A DNA stretch of 64,000 nucleotides, taken from positions 1 through 64,000 of the IMG/VR virus record IMGVR_UViG_3300014039_000028. One strand, given 5' to 3'. This stretch comes from a virus. Its lineage: Duplodnaviria > Caudoviricetes. Below the pieces are notes generated by a model. It searched no databases, was not told the origin of the DNA, and saw nothing but the letters and a program-made list of their open reading frames with translations. Below are positions 46,630 through 55,247 of this stretch, in pieces. The translations under genes were made by a program, and so were the position numbers. Each line of letters opens with the position of its first letter. Within the stretch, counting starts at the first letter, position 1.

Positions 46630-47484
46630 TTACTCGCTATAATCTAATTCACCAGCCAACACATCGGGAACAATGGCTGTGACAATTCTCCTCCCGCATC
46701 TTGGACAACGGAACGGATCAAATTTCCACAAGCGTACCATGCCCTCCGATTCCTTCTTACACGACAACGATGCGAGTGTGAACCCGCAGTGTTCGCATAC
46801 CGGCTTGAACTTCATGGTCGTTATATCTGGCTCTTCGCCGAGGAAGGTTCCTTCAAGCAAATCCGTCGAGTGGTCAACCTCCGTAAACCGCACCAGTTCG
46901 GCCATTGCGTCGTAGGCTTCCTGAGGAGTATCAAAGAGCATACCTCCCATCACCTCGTTTGCACCATCCGTGCATAAGAGGCACTCGCCCCAGCCGTCGT
47001 GATGGATACCGTAGCTCAAGCCGCTCCACGGGTCTGATTCGTATGCACAGCCGAGCTCACCATGATAGTTTCCCTCGTCATCATGCACGCCGATGTGCAG
47101 CTTCTCCTTGCCGCAGAGCGGACACCTATACATCTTCGGCGTCCCGTTGAGAGCGCACACGATGCCGTAACAGTATACCTCGCCCTCCTCCATGATTTTG
47201 AACTCTGCGTGCGGTAGCTCAGTCTCGTATGCCCATGAGCAGTCTCTTCCTTCGGGGCACCACACTGCTTTGATGGGCAGGGAACGTCCTTCTCCACGCT
47301 TGAGCACACCGCCCTCGAAACAGTCGCACTCTCCGTCTATTGCGCCCCTCAACTCTGCGAGGTCGTCGGATGCGCCGAACACGACGAGGAAATCCAGATT
47401 TTCTGCGAGGATTGCTTCATCTTCCGTTATCTCATTACCATACTGCCGCCCATCAAGTTTCGCGGCAAATTCTTCAACTGTCAT
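46630..47484 (-). CDS. composite phage protein with Cys/Zn motifs
   Basis: VVFGASDDL N-terminal domain, central CPLCG, C-terminal CEHCG..CPRCG. Confidence 0.6.
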   Translation of the reverse strand: MTVEEFAAKLDGRQYGNEITEDEAILAENLDFLVVFGASDDLAELRGAIDGECDCFEGGVLKRGEGRSLPIKAVWCPEGRDCSWAYETELPHAEFKIMEEGEVYCYGIVCALNGTPKMYRCPLCGKEKLHIGVHDDEGNYHGELGCAYESDPWSGLSYGIHHDGWGECLLCTDGANEVMGGMLFDTPQEAYDAMAELVRFTEVDHSTDLLEGTFLGEEPDITTMKFKPVCEHCGFTLASLSCKKESEGMVRLWKFDPFRCPRCGRRIVTAIVPDVLAGELDYSE

Positions 47485-48143
47485 TTCTTGTCCACCTCGT
47501 CTATAAAGGTCGCCGCCTCATCTGCGACGTGCAGGAAGAACGCCAGCGGATTGCGTCGGAAAGTATCTCCCGCTGCTCTGGCTTCACCCTCCTGCCATGA
47601 ACTCATGTGATAGCGGATTGCGGTCGCTTCGTCTACTGACAGAGACATGAACCGCTGGAGAATGAAAACGCTCTTTTCCCCGTGGCCGTAGATGAGCTTC
47701 TCGTCGATCTCATAAGCCTGTACTGTCTCCCAAATGAAATCTCCAACTGCGTCGTGCTTTACTGTCCACTTCTCCGCAGCGGCAACCTTTTCAGGATCGT
47801 ATATTTTCTGGTTACGGCAGCTCGGCTTGTACATATTGGCTTTGCAGAGATCGTGGAAAAGCGCGACAATGGCTATGGTTTCTTCGGTATATGGGCAGTT
47901 CTCGCCATATTCCTCGTGCAGAAGTCTGCACAGTCTCCCGTATACATTCAAACTGTGCTCGCACAGTCCACCCGGAACTGCGAGGTGATGACGCGAACTC
48001 GCCGGGGCTTCAAAGAAGTCCGAGTGCAGGTCAAGCCACGCTATCAGCCCGGTCGTGTTGTCGCGGGTGATGTTTTCCAAGACGATATTGACAAACCCTT
48101 CCTTGTTTTTCTCGATGTTAATCATTTTGTTCTGTTCCTCCAT
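47481..48143 (-). CDS. HD-domain phosphohydrolase
   Basis: APAS.RHH...GGLCEHSLNV, LFHDLCK, YHM, HVADE. Confidence 0.8.
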   Translation of the reverse strand: MEEQNKMINIEKNKEGFVNIVLENITRDNTTGLIAWLDLHSDFFEAPASSRHHLAVPGGLCEHSLNVYGRLCRLLHEEYGENCPYTEETIAIVALFHDLCKANMYKPSCRNQKIYDPEKVAAAEKWTVKHDAVGDFIWETVQAYEIDEKLIYGHGEKSVFILQRFMSLSVDEATAIRYHMSSWQEGEARAAGDTFRRNPLAFFLHVADEAATFIDEVDKK

Positions 48144-48148
48144 AAATT

Positions 48149-48388
48149 TCAGTCGCTTATCGCGAAGTTGATATTATTGGTCAAGCTCACCTCAAGCCAT
48201 TTCAACTCTTCAGCCGTCAGTATGCGATTGGTCGCGCGCAAGATAACCGCTGTCGTCCGATTCGGACAAGCTACACATTCGCATCGGTGCAAACTGCTCG
48301 ACTCGTTCACCCTGAACGGGCAGTTGCTGGCGTAGCACTCCATTACTCGATCTCCTGCAACCAAAATTCGCGACGGCAATCCGGACAA
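48149..48388 (-). CDS. Cys-rich hypothetical protein
   Basis: in operon; start uncertain. Confidence 0.45.
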   Translation of the reverse strand: MSGLPSRILVAGDRVMECYASNCPFRVNESSSLHRCECVACPNRTTAVILRATNRILTAEELKWLEVSLTNNINFAISD

Positions 48389-48708
48389 TATTTGTTAATA
48401 GTCATGCAGCTTCCATCTTCGCCGCGATGGCGCGGTACAAGCTCATTTGGGCAAATATCCAACACGCCATCGGCTCTTACTCGAGCGTCAGGCCACTGTT
48501 TCAGAAATTCGCTCTGCCGAGTCTTGACAGGGTTCCGTTTAGACCATTGTTCAACTATTCCAACCATTTCCTCAGGACGGTTATAGAGAAGTTGTATACA
48601 CGATATGCCAACGCTGAGGCTCTCTCCGAGGGGACAATAACGACATGTCGTTCTAAATGCTTGGCACATGCGATTTCTCTCTTTTGCAAATTCAACTGCG
48701 TCCATCAT
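48343..48708 (-). CDS. hypothetical phage protein
   Basis: MDAVEFAKE..RMC...KTRQSEFLKQWPDA. Confidence 0.6.
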   Translation of the reverse strand: MMDAVEFAKERNRMCQAFRTTCRYCPLGESLSVGISCIQLLYNRPEEMVGIVEQWSKRNPVKTRQSEFLKQWPDARVRADGVLDICPNELVPRHRGEDGSCMTINKYCPDCRREFWLQEIE

Positions 48709-49007
48709 TTACCCTCCATTTCTCGCCGCAGCGCTGCTCCCATCTTTACCATCTCTTCCAGCGTTGGTGCGTGTTCGCACACGAAACTGCCACTGAGGGC
48801 ACAACTCCAACACATAATTCCTCCTGTAAGCGCCCAGCACCGATTGCACAACACTCGGCAATCTTCCTTGAGGTTGGTGTTTTCTTCTTCCAGAGAGCCC
48901 ACCTTTTCCCGATACTGCTTTTTCAGCTTCGACAGCTCCGCCTTGAGCCTTTTATTTTCCTCGGTCGCGTCCGAGGACATCTTGTTGCGAAATTCATTTA
49001 AGTCCAT
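48705..49007 (-). CDS. coiled-coil/Cys hypothetical protein
   Basis: coupled in operon. Confidence 0.55.
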   Translation of the reverse strand: MDLNEFRNKMSSDATEENKRLKAELSKLKKQYREKVGSLEEENTNLKEDCRVLCNRCWALTGGIMCWSCALSGSFVCEHAPTLEEMVKMGAALRREMEGK

Positions 49008-49296
49008 TTGTTACTCTCCTTTCCGCATGCGAGCAAAAATCTTTTGGGTATGGATTTTGTAGCCCGTCTTCATGCACGCAAAATCCATTGCCAGTGAGCG
49101 CATACATGCTGAAGAAATTACATTCTTCACACCTTACCACTTTTATGACATCCGCTGCTGGGACATCGTTTATGGCCTTTGCAATTCGGCCAGTGCTTGT
49201 CTGCCCAAGCCACACCTCTTTTACTGCTGCTTGCGTAGCCGCTTCACGTTCTATGTACTCAGTCATTATTTTTTCTCCATTCTGAGCATCCGCCAT
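48994..49296 (-). CDS. hypothetical phage protein
   Basis: EYIEREAA...PAADV..VVRCEEC...DFCS. Confidence 0.55.
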   Translation of the reverse strand: MADAQNGEKIMTEYIEREAATQAAVKEVWLGQTSTGRIAKAINDVPAADVIKVVRCEECNFFSMYALTGNGFCVHEDGLQNPYPKDFCSHAERRVTNGLK

Positions 49297-49353
49297 TGTT
49301 CTTCCATACGCAGCGGTCGCATTTGCCGTAGCACTTTTTATGTTCAGCCATTG

Positions 49354-49527
49354 TTATTGCCTCTCTGCTGAACGGACTATTTGGAAGTGGCAGCAGATGC
49401 GATTTACAGTGTACTCAACACCATATCGGAAATCCATGTCGGTTCCGGCTACATCGTCAGTGTGATAGTCCGCATAAATCTCTTCAAGAATTTTCCGCAG
49501 TTTCTTCTTTGTGATAAGTCCGAACAT
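49354..49527 (-). CDS. small hypothetical protein, 57 aa
   Basis: read manually; GGAGG RBS. Confidence 0.5.
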   Translation of the reverse strand: MFGLITKKKLRKILEEIYADYHTDDVAGTDMDFRYGVEYTVNRICCHFQIVRSAERQ

Positions 49528-49536
49528 TTTTACCTC

Positions 49537-49851
49537 CTATTCGTCGCTCTTTTTCATTCCAAGCGAGCAAAAATCATTACACCTTGTTGTGACGGTTCCG
49601 AATCGTTCACACTTGCCGTAGTCTCGGTTGACCTGTGTATGTCTTTGCCAAAATTGGCAGTCTTTGCACCTAACCACTGGAACTGCGTCGACGGTAGGTG
49701 CAGAAAACAAGTCATCAACTTTCAGAAACCACTCATTTTTAGGGAAACATCCAAATTCAGTCTGAAAGCTGTATTTCTTCTTTTTGTTGAGTCTATCCGC
49801 GTCAATCAGCCGCATTGTCATCGTCTCCCCTTCTCTGCAATGCGGCAACAT
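49537..49851 (-). CDS. hypothetical phage protein
   Basis: MRLIDAD...APTVDAVPVVRCKDC. Confidence 0.6.
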   Translation of the reverse strand: MLPHCREGETMTMRLIDADRLNKKKKYSFQTEFGCFPKNEWFLKVDDLFSAPTVDAVPVVRCKDCQFWQRHTQVNRDYGKCERFGTVTTRCNDFCSLGMKKSDE

Positions 49852-50063
49852 CTTTATCCCAGCAGTCTTTCGGGAATCTATCGTTCATCAGGTGTATCAT
49901 CCCTTTCTCTCGGAAACGCTATGATTGCACCTTCGTACAGTTTGCTCCTGTCAACTTCGCAACTGTCAAAGAGTATTCCCCGTGGCCTTCCACATGCAAT
50001 AGCCACGCTGGCGGCTATCACGTCGTCGGGAATATCAAGTGTTATTTTCATCTCTGCTCCCCC

Positions 50064-50678
50064 TTACCACCCGTAAAAGAGCACGGTTTGGGTCTCCCAG
50101 TCTATCGCCTTATACAGCCTGACCAACTCGAAAATCTGGTGTTCGTACTGCCATGAGCCGCATATGAATTCATGCGTTTCATCAAGGTCAATAGCGCCGA
50201 GCCTCTCCCACCATTTAAGTTTTTCGGTGATAAAGTCGCGTATTTTATCTATGCTCTTGATGTCATCCCGCTCTATGGAAAAACCTCCCGGAAGAAGTTG
50301 CTTTCCGCCGTCCACAAGTAAGTCTTTATACGCCTCTATGATTTTGCGCTTGTATATCTCGATAGCTTCAAGCACACCGGGCTTACCAACGACATACGGA
50401 TCATAGTCCGAAACGTCCGCCTGAACTTCTTTGCCTGTAAACAGCGGTTCGCCTTTGCTATAAATCCGGTCTGCCGTATCGTCCCAATACAGTTTCCCAA
50501 ATTCAAAGATTTCCTTTTTGTCAAGAAACTTGTCGTCGTTAAACGAGAACCATCCGTTCCCAGCTTCTACACCCTTTGATTTTGCGTAGTCGCAAAGCTC
50601 ATTCAAGGTCATGTTCTTGACCTCTTCGCACTTGCTTTTATCAACAAGATAAAAATAATGTCTATATCCCATTTTCAC
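50064..50678 (-). CDS. hypothetical protein
   Basis: in operon. Confidence 0.6.
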   Translation of the reverse strand: MKMGYRHYFYLVDKSKCEEVKNMTLNELCDYAKSKGVEAGNGWFSFNDDKFLDKKEIFEFGKLYWDDTADRIYSKGEPLFTGKEVQADVSDYDPYVVGKPGVLEAIEIYKRKIIEAYKDLLVDGGKQLLPGGFSIERDDIKSIDKIRDFITEKLKWWERLGAIDLDETHEFICGSWQYEHQIFELVRLYKAIDWETQTVLFYGW

Positions 50679-50949
50679 TTTCCTTTCTGAACATCACTAC
50701 CCGAACCACATCATCGATCTGCACTTCCGTGTCCTCAAAGGGGAACTGGCCGCAATGCGGGCAGACAATAGTGTCGTGCACTTCGTCGAGGCCGAGTTCG
50801 CCGCCAACCCAAAGAGGTGTGGTATCAACTATCACAGCGCCGTTATCCATTTCCGTAAAGGAATGTTTTGTGATCGTGTTTCCACCGTCAAAATTCTCCA
50901 TCACAAGCTCTATTGCAGTGAGCTCACGACCGCACTTTTCGCACTTCAT
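50662..50949 (-). CDS. Zn-binding hypothetical protein
   Basis: MKCEKCG...CPHCG. Confidence 0.55.
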   Translation of the reverse strand: MKCEKCGRELTAIELVMENFDGGNTITKHSFTEMDNGAVIVDTTPLWVGGELGLDEVHDTIVCPHCGQFPFEDTEVQIDDVVRVVMFRKESENGI

Positions 50950-51161
50950 TTTCTCTGCCCTCCCATCTGCCCCCACAAATCCTTCAACGCAAGTTCCGTA
51001 AAGAATTTGTCCGAATACGCCGAACATCTGTTTTCGGGGTCGACCCACTGTGAGAAGCGTGTGCACCTGATCTTATCGTCTATTTTTCTTTTGGGATTCG
51101 CGTACTCGCAGTATTGGCACTGCACTTTATACGTCATCGCGTTCGCACATCCAGTCATCAT
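50946..51161 (-). CDS. Cys-rich hypothetical protein
   Basis: coupled in operon. Confidence 0.5.
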   Translation of the reverse strand: MMTGCANAMTYKVQCQYCEYANPKRKIDDKIRCTRFSQWVDPENRCSAYSDKFFTELALKDLWGQMGGQRK

Positions 51162-51640
51162 TTGCTACACCCGACCTTTTGCCCTTTTGGCGGATTGGGC
51201 AGCGGCATCCAATGAGAGACGAATTTGTTGAGTGCCCAGCCTTTTGAGATTTGAATTTCACAATCCGAACCTGCCATATCCGGGAGATATGCCAGAACAC
51301 GCTCGTCCTCCTCTGGCAGTTTGTCCTCGACTTTTGTCCACTTGGACGCGGGGGCGTCAGCATCCTCCTCAAGCCTCTGCATCCACTCGCACTCAGATGG
51401 CTCGCAAGGTTGGTCCGAGTGAAACTCATTGCACATATTGCAGATGATCGTCTTGGCTGTTTCGATTTTCGTATGTCCGTTCATTCTTTTCCCTCCATAA
51501 GTTACAACTGAGTCTGTTGTTGGAGGCGGCGGAATACTCGACGCATCGCTCCATCCAGTCGGTTGATATCCCCCGCTTCGGCGTTCGATGTCTGGCCGCT
51601 GAACACCACATTTTCTTCTATAAATGCAGTCACTCGTCAT
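51158..51640 (-). CDS. DUF551-like protein
   Basis: WTKVEDKLPEEDERVL...VSHWMPLPNPP. Confidence 0.6.
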   Translation of the reverse strand: MTSDCIYRRKCGVQRPDIERRSGGYQPTGWSDASSIPPPPTTDSVVTYGGKRMNGHTKIETAKTIICNMCNEFHSDQPCEPSECEWMQRLEEDADAPASKWTKVEDKLPEEDERVLAYLPDMAGSDCEIQISKGWALNKFVSHWMPLPNPPKGQKVGCSK

Positions 51641-51941
51641 CTTCTACCTCCGCTATCCACATACTTATTTCTTTCTCTGCCGCGTCTAATGCCTCGTCCA
51701 GTGTCCGCCCTTTCCATTCATAATGCCGCGCGGGGCCGAGCACGTAGCAATGAAGACTGATTACATACCAGTTGGGAGCGTCCTCTCCGCTTCCCGCCAG
51801 TTCAAAGTAGTCCGGGAACTCAAACAGCAGCTCCATGTGCCCCTCATACGTCTTACAACAGGGGTCTATTTCGAGCGCTTTCTTTATTCCAGCCATAACT
51901 TTCCGACGCAGCGCAAGGAATCTCTTATACGATTTTTCCAC
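51630..51941 (-). CDS. hypothetical protein
   Basis: in operon. Confidence 0.55.
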   Translation of the reverse strand: MEKSYKRFLALRRKVMAGIKKALEIDPCCKTYEGHMELLFEFPDYFELAGSGEDAPNWYVISLHCYVLGPARHYEWKGRTLDEALDAAEKEISMWIAEVEDDE

Positions 51942-52099
51942 TTAGATTCTCACCTCACCGCTTAATCAATTTCAGCCACAAGGCATCCGCGATTGAGAAC
52001 AGCGCCCATATTCCGAAAAATTCGGTTTTGGGCTCTACGTCGTTCATGTCATACCAAATTGCCACCAAGAAAAACAAAAGACTCATCCGCAGTCCCTCT

Positions 52100-52507
52100 T
52101 CACTCATAAAGCCCAAGACTCACAAACAGTCTCTTGGCTTCCTCGTCATACGCCTTATAATCCGGGTACTTGTCCAAAATGTCAGCGTACTTACACTTCT
52201 TCTGTCCCCCACATGCCTTGCGGTCTTTGCAATATACGCAGCCGTATTTCTTCTGCGAGTCCGGATTAACACCTACATACCCCTCCGAGCTGCCCAAGCC
52301 CTCGCGCGAGCCTTTTCGCTCTCTGGTACATCCGCAGTTTCTGACTCGTCCCGTGCGGATATCATATCCACGGCGGACAAATGTTTTCCCGCATATCCGA
52401 CAGCGGCAGTTGAAATACGCACCCAAAGACCCACCGGAGCGCTTTTCGTTGTAACTCAGGACTTCTATGTCGTGGAATGTCTGCCCTGATATGTCGATGA
52501 TTTTCAT
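52100..52507 (-). CDS. Cys-rich protein with an N-terminal module resembling those of AP2/HNH-type phage proteins
   Basis: IDISGQTF..IEVL...FNCRC.ICG...RNCGC. Confidence 0.5.
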   Translation of the reverse strand: MKIIDISGQTFHDIEVLSYNEKRSGGSLGAYFNCRCRICGKTFVRRGYDIRTGRVRNCGCTRERKGSREGLGSSEGYVGVNPDSQKKYGCVYCKDRKACGGQKKCKYADILDKYPDYKAYDEEAKRLFVSLGLYE

Positions 52508-52722
52508 GTTGTCTCCTCTATTGTCTCAAGCAAAGCGATCAGCCCGAAAAACGACCTCGGATTTATCCCAGTCTTTTCCTTTGCCGCTGTCAAATGAAAT
52601 TCCACTGTGGAGTTGTTCATGTTCAGCGCTCTGGCCGTAGCTGTGGCGTTCATATTGTTTTCGGCATAAGTGCAAATTACGCGCTTGCACTTCTCGGTTA
52701 ATGGCCGTGGGCATTTGTCCAT
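52504..52722 (-). CDS. LuxR-like HTH protein
   Basis: NATATARALNMNNSTVEFHL...KTG. Confidence 0.6.
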   Translation of the reverse strand: MDKCPRPLTEKCKRVICTYAENNMNATATARALNMNNSTVEFHLTAAKEKTGINPRSFFGLIALLETIEETT

Positions 52723-52755
52723 TCGGCTCCCCTCCTCTCTGCATAATGCGAATAT

Positions 52756-52968
52756 TTATTCATCCGGTAAAAATTCTGCGGGGCATATCATATTTGTCTC
52801 TATCAGGAACGCCAATTTGAACTGTGGTACGGTAAAAATGCCCTCTTCCACAAGAACTTCTACACCGTGCTTCAGCGCTTCTCCATCAATCACGGTTCCT
52901 TGCGGATAGCCAATAAACTGCGTGACAAAACGCTTTACCGCTTCAAATTGTTCGCTCGAAGCCCACAC
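52756..52968 (-). CDS. hypothetical protein
   Basis: in operon. Confidence 0.45.
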   Translation of the reverse strand: MWASSEQFEAVKRFVTQFIGYPQGTVIDGEALKHGVEVLVEEGIFTVPQFKLAFLIETNMICPAEFLPDE

Positions 52969-53281
52969 GATAGTCCCTCACTTCCGACATGTCTACAACT
53001 CTCAACCTTGCTTGGTAATGGAAATCACCAGAACCGTCCTGCCAGAATCTCCACTCTATGAAACGGCTAAGCTCCTTGGATGTAACGAGCTTTTCTACGA
53101 GATCCTTCTCGCCGAACTCCTTTATAATATCTTCGCCGAAGGTTTCCATCTCTTCGCGTGAATATATCCTTGTAGCTACGAAAGTTTCAGGCCGCAAATT
53201 GATCCGAACAACTTTAGGCGGCGGCAGTTGTTCTGTATACCCACCCAGTTTGCGTATGATCCAGCGCTTAATTTTGTTCAT
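52943..53281 (-). CDS. hypothetical protein
   Basis: in operon. Confidence 0.55.
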   Translation of the reverse strand: MNKIKRWIIRKLGGYTEQLPPPKVVRINLRPETFVATRIYSREEMETFGEDIIKEFGEKDLVEKLVTSKELSRFIEWRFWQDGSGDFHYQARLRVVDMSEVRDYRVGFERTI

Positions 53282-53981
53282 CGTTCATTCTCCCCTCCAT
53301 CACAAAAAGACTTTGCTGTGCCGTATATTCGTTGAAGCGCTCTTCTTGAAGCTTGAAATACGTTGGGTCTATTTCGCAGCCCACGAAATCAAGTCCTGCG
53401 TCATAGGCCGCGATTCGGCTGCTGCCGCTTCCGAGATGCGTGTCAAGGATCCGGTCTCCGGGTTTCGCGTAGTTTTTGAAAATCCACCGATAGAGTGCGA
53501 CTGCCTTTTGCGTAGGATGAATCTGTTTCTCGTTCAGCTTTTTGTTCCCCTGCTGAATCGTGCCCTCTTCAACGCTCTTCCCTTGCAGCATTCCATTCCA
53601 CATGAAGCGGAATATCCTGACGCTGGTAAAGAGGTCTGTCGCGGCCAGCTCACAGTCGGAAAAACTGCTTGAGGAATTGCACTTGTCCCACACGATTCGC
53701 CCCGGCGCGAAGCGATAGTCAAAGTAATTGCATCCCCACACTATGTAATGCTTGGCAACGCGCCGAAGTTCCTCAAAATATTCCGCGTTTGGAATGTCCC
53801 ACTGTGGGGAGATGGGATAATCCCTGTGAACGCCGATTTTGCTGACACGGCTCCCGTAATAGCCGCGCCTTTCCGGTCCTGAGAAATATGGCGGGTCAAC
53901 TACTGCGAGGTCGAACGCCTTGTCAGGAACTGTGCGCATGTACTCCATGCAGTCGCAGTTGACTACTATGCTTTCGCTCAT
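53268..53981 (-). CDS. N6-adenine/N4-cytosine DNA methyltransferase (beta class)
   Basis: DCMEYM, VVDPPY, HPTQK, ILDTHLGSGS. Confidence 0.9.
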   Translation of the reverse strand: MSESIVVNCDCMEYMRTVPDKAFDLAVVDPPYFSGPERRGYYGSRVSKIGVHRDYPISPQWDIPNAEYFEELRRVAKHYIVWGCNYFDYRFAPGRIVWDKCNSSSSFSDCELAATDLFTSVRIFRFMWNGMLQGKSVEEGTIQQGNKKLNEKQIHPTQKAVALYRWIFKNYAKPGDRILDTHLGSGSSRIAAYDAGLDFVGCEIDPTYFKLQEERFNEYTAQQSLFVMEGRMNDEQN

Positions 53982-53993
53982 TTCATCACTCCC

Positions 53994-54524
53994 TTACACT
54001 TCATCTCCCCATGCGTCCCAGCCGGGGAATCGTTCTCTCGCAAATATCTCTATGCGCGGCTCATAGCTCACCAGTTCTATCATGCGGCGCATTTCTTCGG
54101 GCTTGCGGCTGTGCACCGTTTTGGGTGCATAGAATCCCGTTTTTCCCTGACAGCGTTTACCTTCGGGAGAAACTTTGTAAGGCAAGCGCTTTTTCGTCGT
54201 GGCAAATATGCAATGTTCAGTCAGTCCTCTGTAATACTGTCCCAAGCCCTGCTGGTTTTTCATCCACGTTATCGTTGTCACATACTCGAATCCCCACGCC
54301 TTCACGCATTCAATGGCGGCGGGTAGATAATTATTGGTAGCCCAGCAGTACAGATGGCACCCGTCAGGGGCTGCAAGTTGCATGACCGGGAGCGCCTTGA
54401 TCTCGGCAACAGACATCAAACTGTAGTGCTTGTCCGCTCCGCGCTTGATTTTGCCGCCTCCCCGCTCTGGCCACGGCGGGTCTATGTAGATTGTGCGGTA
54501 TTTGTCACTTGGAAAGTCGTTCAT
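53994..54524 (-). CDS. MT-A70-like adenine methyltransferase
   Basis: TIYIDPPW, HYSLM, LYCWATN, WGFEY, HSRKP, EIFAR. Confidence 0.9.
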   Translation of the reverse strand: MNDFPSDKYRTIYIDPPWPERGGGKIKRGADKHYSLMSVAEIKALPVMQLAAPDGCHLYCWATNNYLPAAIECVKAWGFEYVTTITWMKNQQGLGQYYRGLTEHCIFATTKKRLPYKVSPEGKRCQGKTGFYAPKTVHSRKPEEMRRMIELVSYEPRIEIFARERFPGWDAWGDEV

Positions 54525-54646
54525 ACGCCCTCCTTGATTTTGAAAAACTGACAGCCGCGGCCTTTATCGCAGTCGTTGGCGCAGAACCGGCATGGATTCG
54601 CATCGAGCACCAACAGTTTGACGATTCGGCACAGCCGTTCTTTCAT
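54521..54646 (-). CDS. small Cys-rich protein, 41 aa
   Basis: read manually; ATGA overlaps at both ends. Confidence 0.45.
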   Translation of the reverse strand: MKERLCRIVKLLVLDANPCRFCANDCDKGRGCQFFKIKEGV

Positions 54647-54933
54647 GTTGAACTGTCCTCCTCAGTTTTAGGGTACAAATCTTCCAAATCCCCCGCGAGA
54701 CGGTGATACTCGCTGTTTTCCTCGATTTCAGCCTTGAGACGGTTCGCCAAATCCTCAATTCGCGTCTGTTGTTTGAGCAGTGTAGTCACGCACTCATCGA
54801 GATATTGCGCAGCGGCAAGATAGCCGCACTTGCCTATCGCTCTTCCATCCTTGCCATCTCTAAGAGCTTCCTCTTTAAGGTCAGCAAGGAACCTCACCAG
54901 AGTTGCCATACGATTTGGTGCATAATTACTCAC
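54643..54933 (-). CDS. hypothetical protein
   Basis: coupled in operon. Confidence 0.55.
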   Translation of the reverse strand: MSNYAPNRMATLVRFLADLKEEALRDGKDGRAIGKCGYLAAAQYLDECVTTLLKQQTRIEDLANRLKAEIEENSEYHRLAGDLEDLYPKTEEDSST

Positions 54934-55247
54934 TTTTCATTTCCCTCCTCATAATTGTCTTTCAAGTATCTGTTTCGTCTGCAACAGGAGCATTTCTGGT
55001 GCTTTTGCTTATTCTTGCAAGTACCGCAACCGCCGATAGTAATACTGTCTGCGAGAAGCGGATTGTTCGCTATGAAATTCGCTTCCAGTAGCTGGATTGT
55101 GTTCAGAAGAGCGCTGTCCATATACGGACTGTCATTCGTCATTCGGTTAAGGCGGCACTTACCTAAAAAATCCAGCAAGTGGTCAAAATTGATATACCTG
55201 ACTGCGTTGCCGTATAACTTCACGCGCTCCTTCTCTTTCCTTGTCAT
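54930..55247 (-). CDS. hypothetical protein with C-terminal Cys cluster
   Basis: coupled in operon. Confidence 0.55.
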   Translation of the reverse strand: MTRKEKERVKLYGNAVRYINFDHLLDFLGKCRLNRMTNDSPYMDSALLNTIQLLEANFIANNPLLADSITIGGCGTCKNKQKHQKCSCCRRNRYLKDNYEEGNEK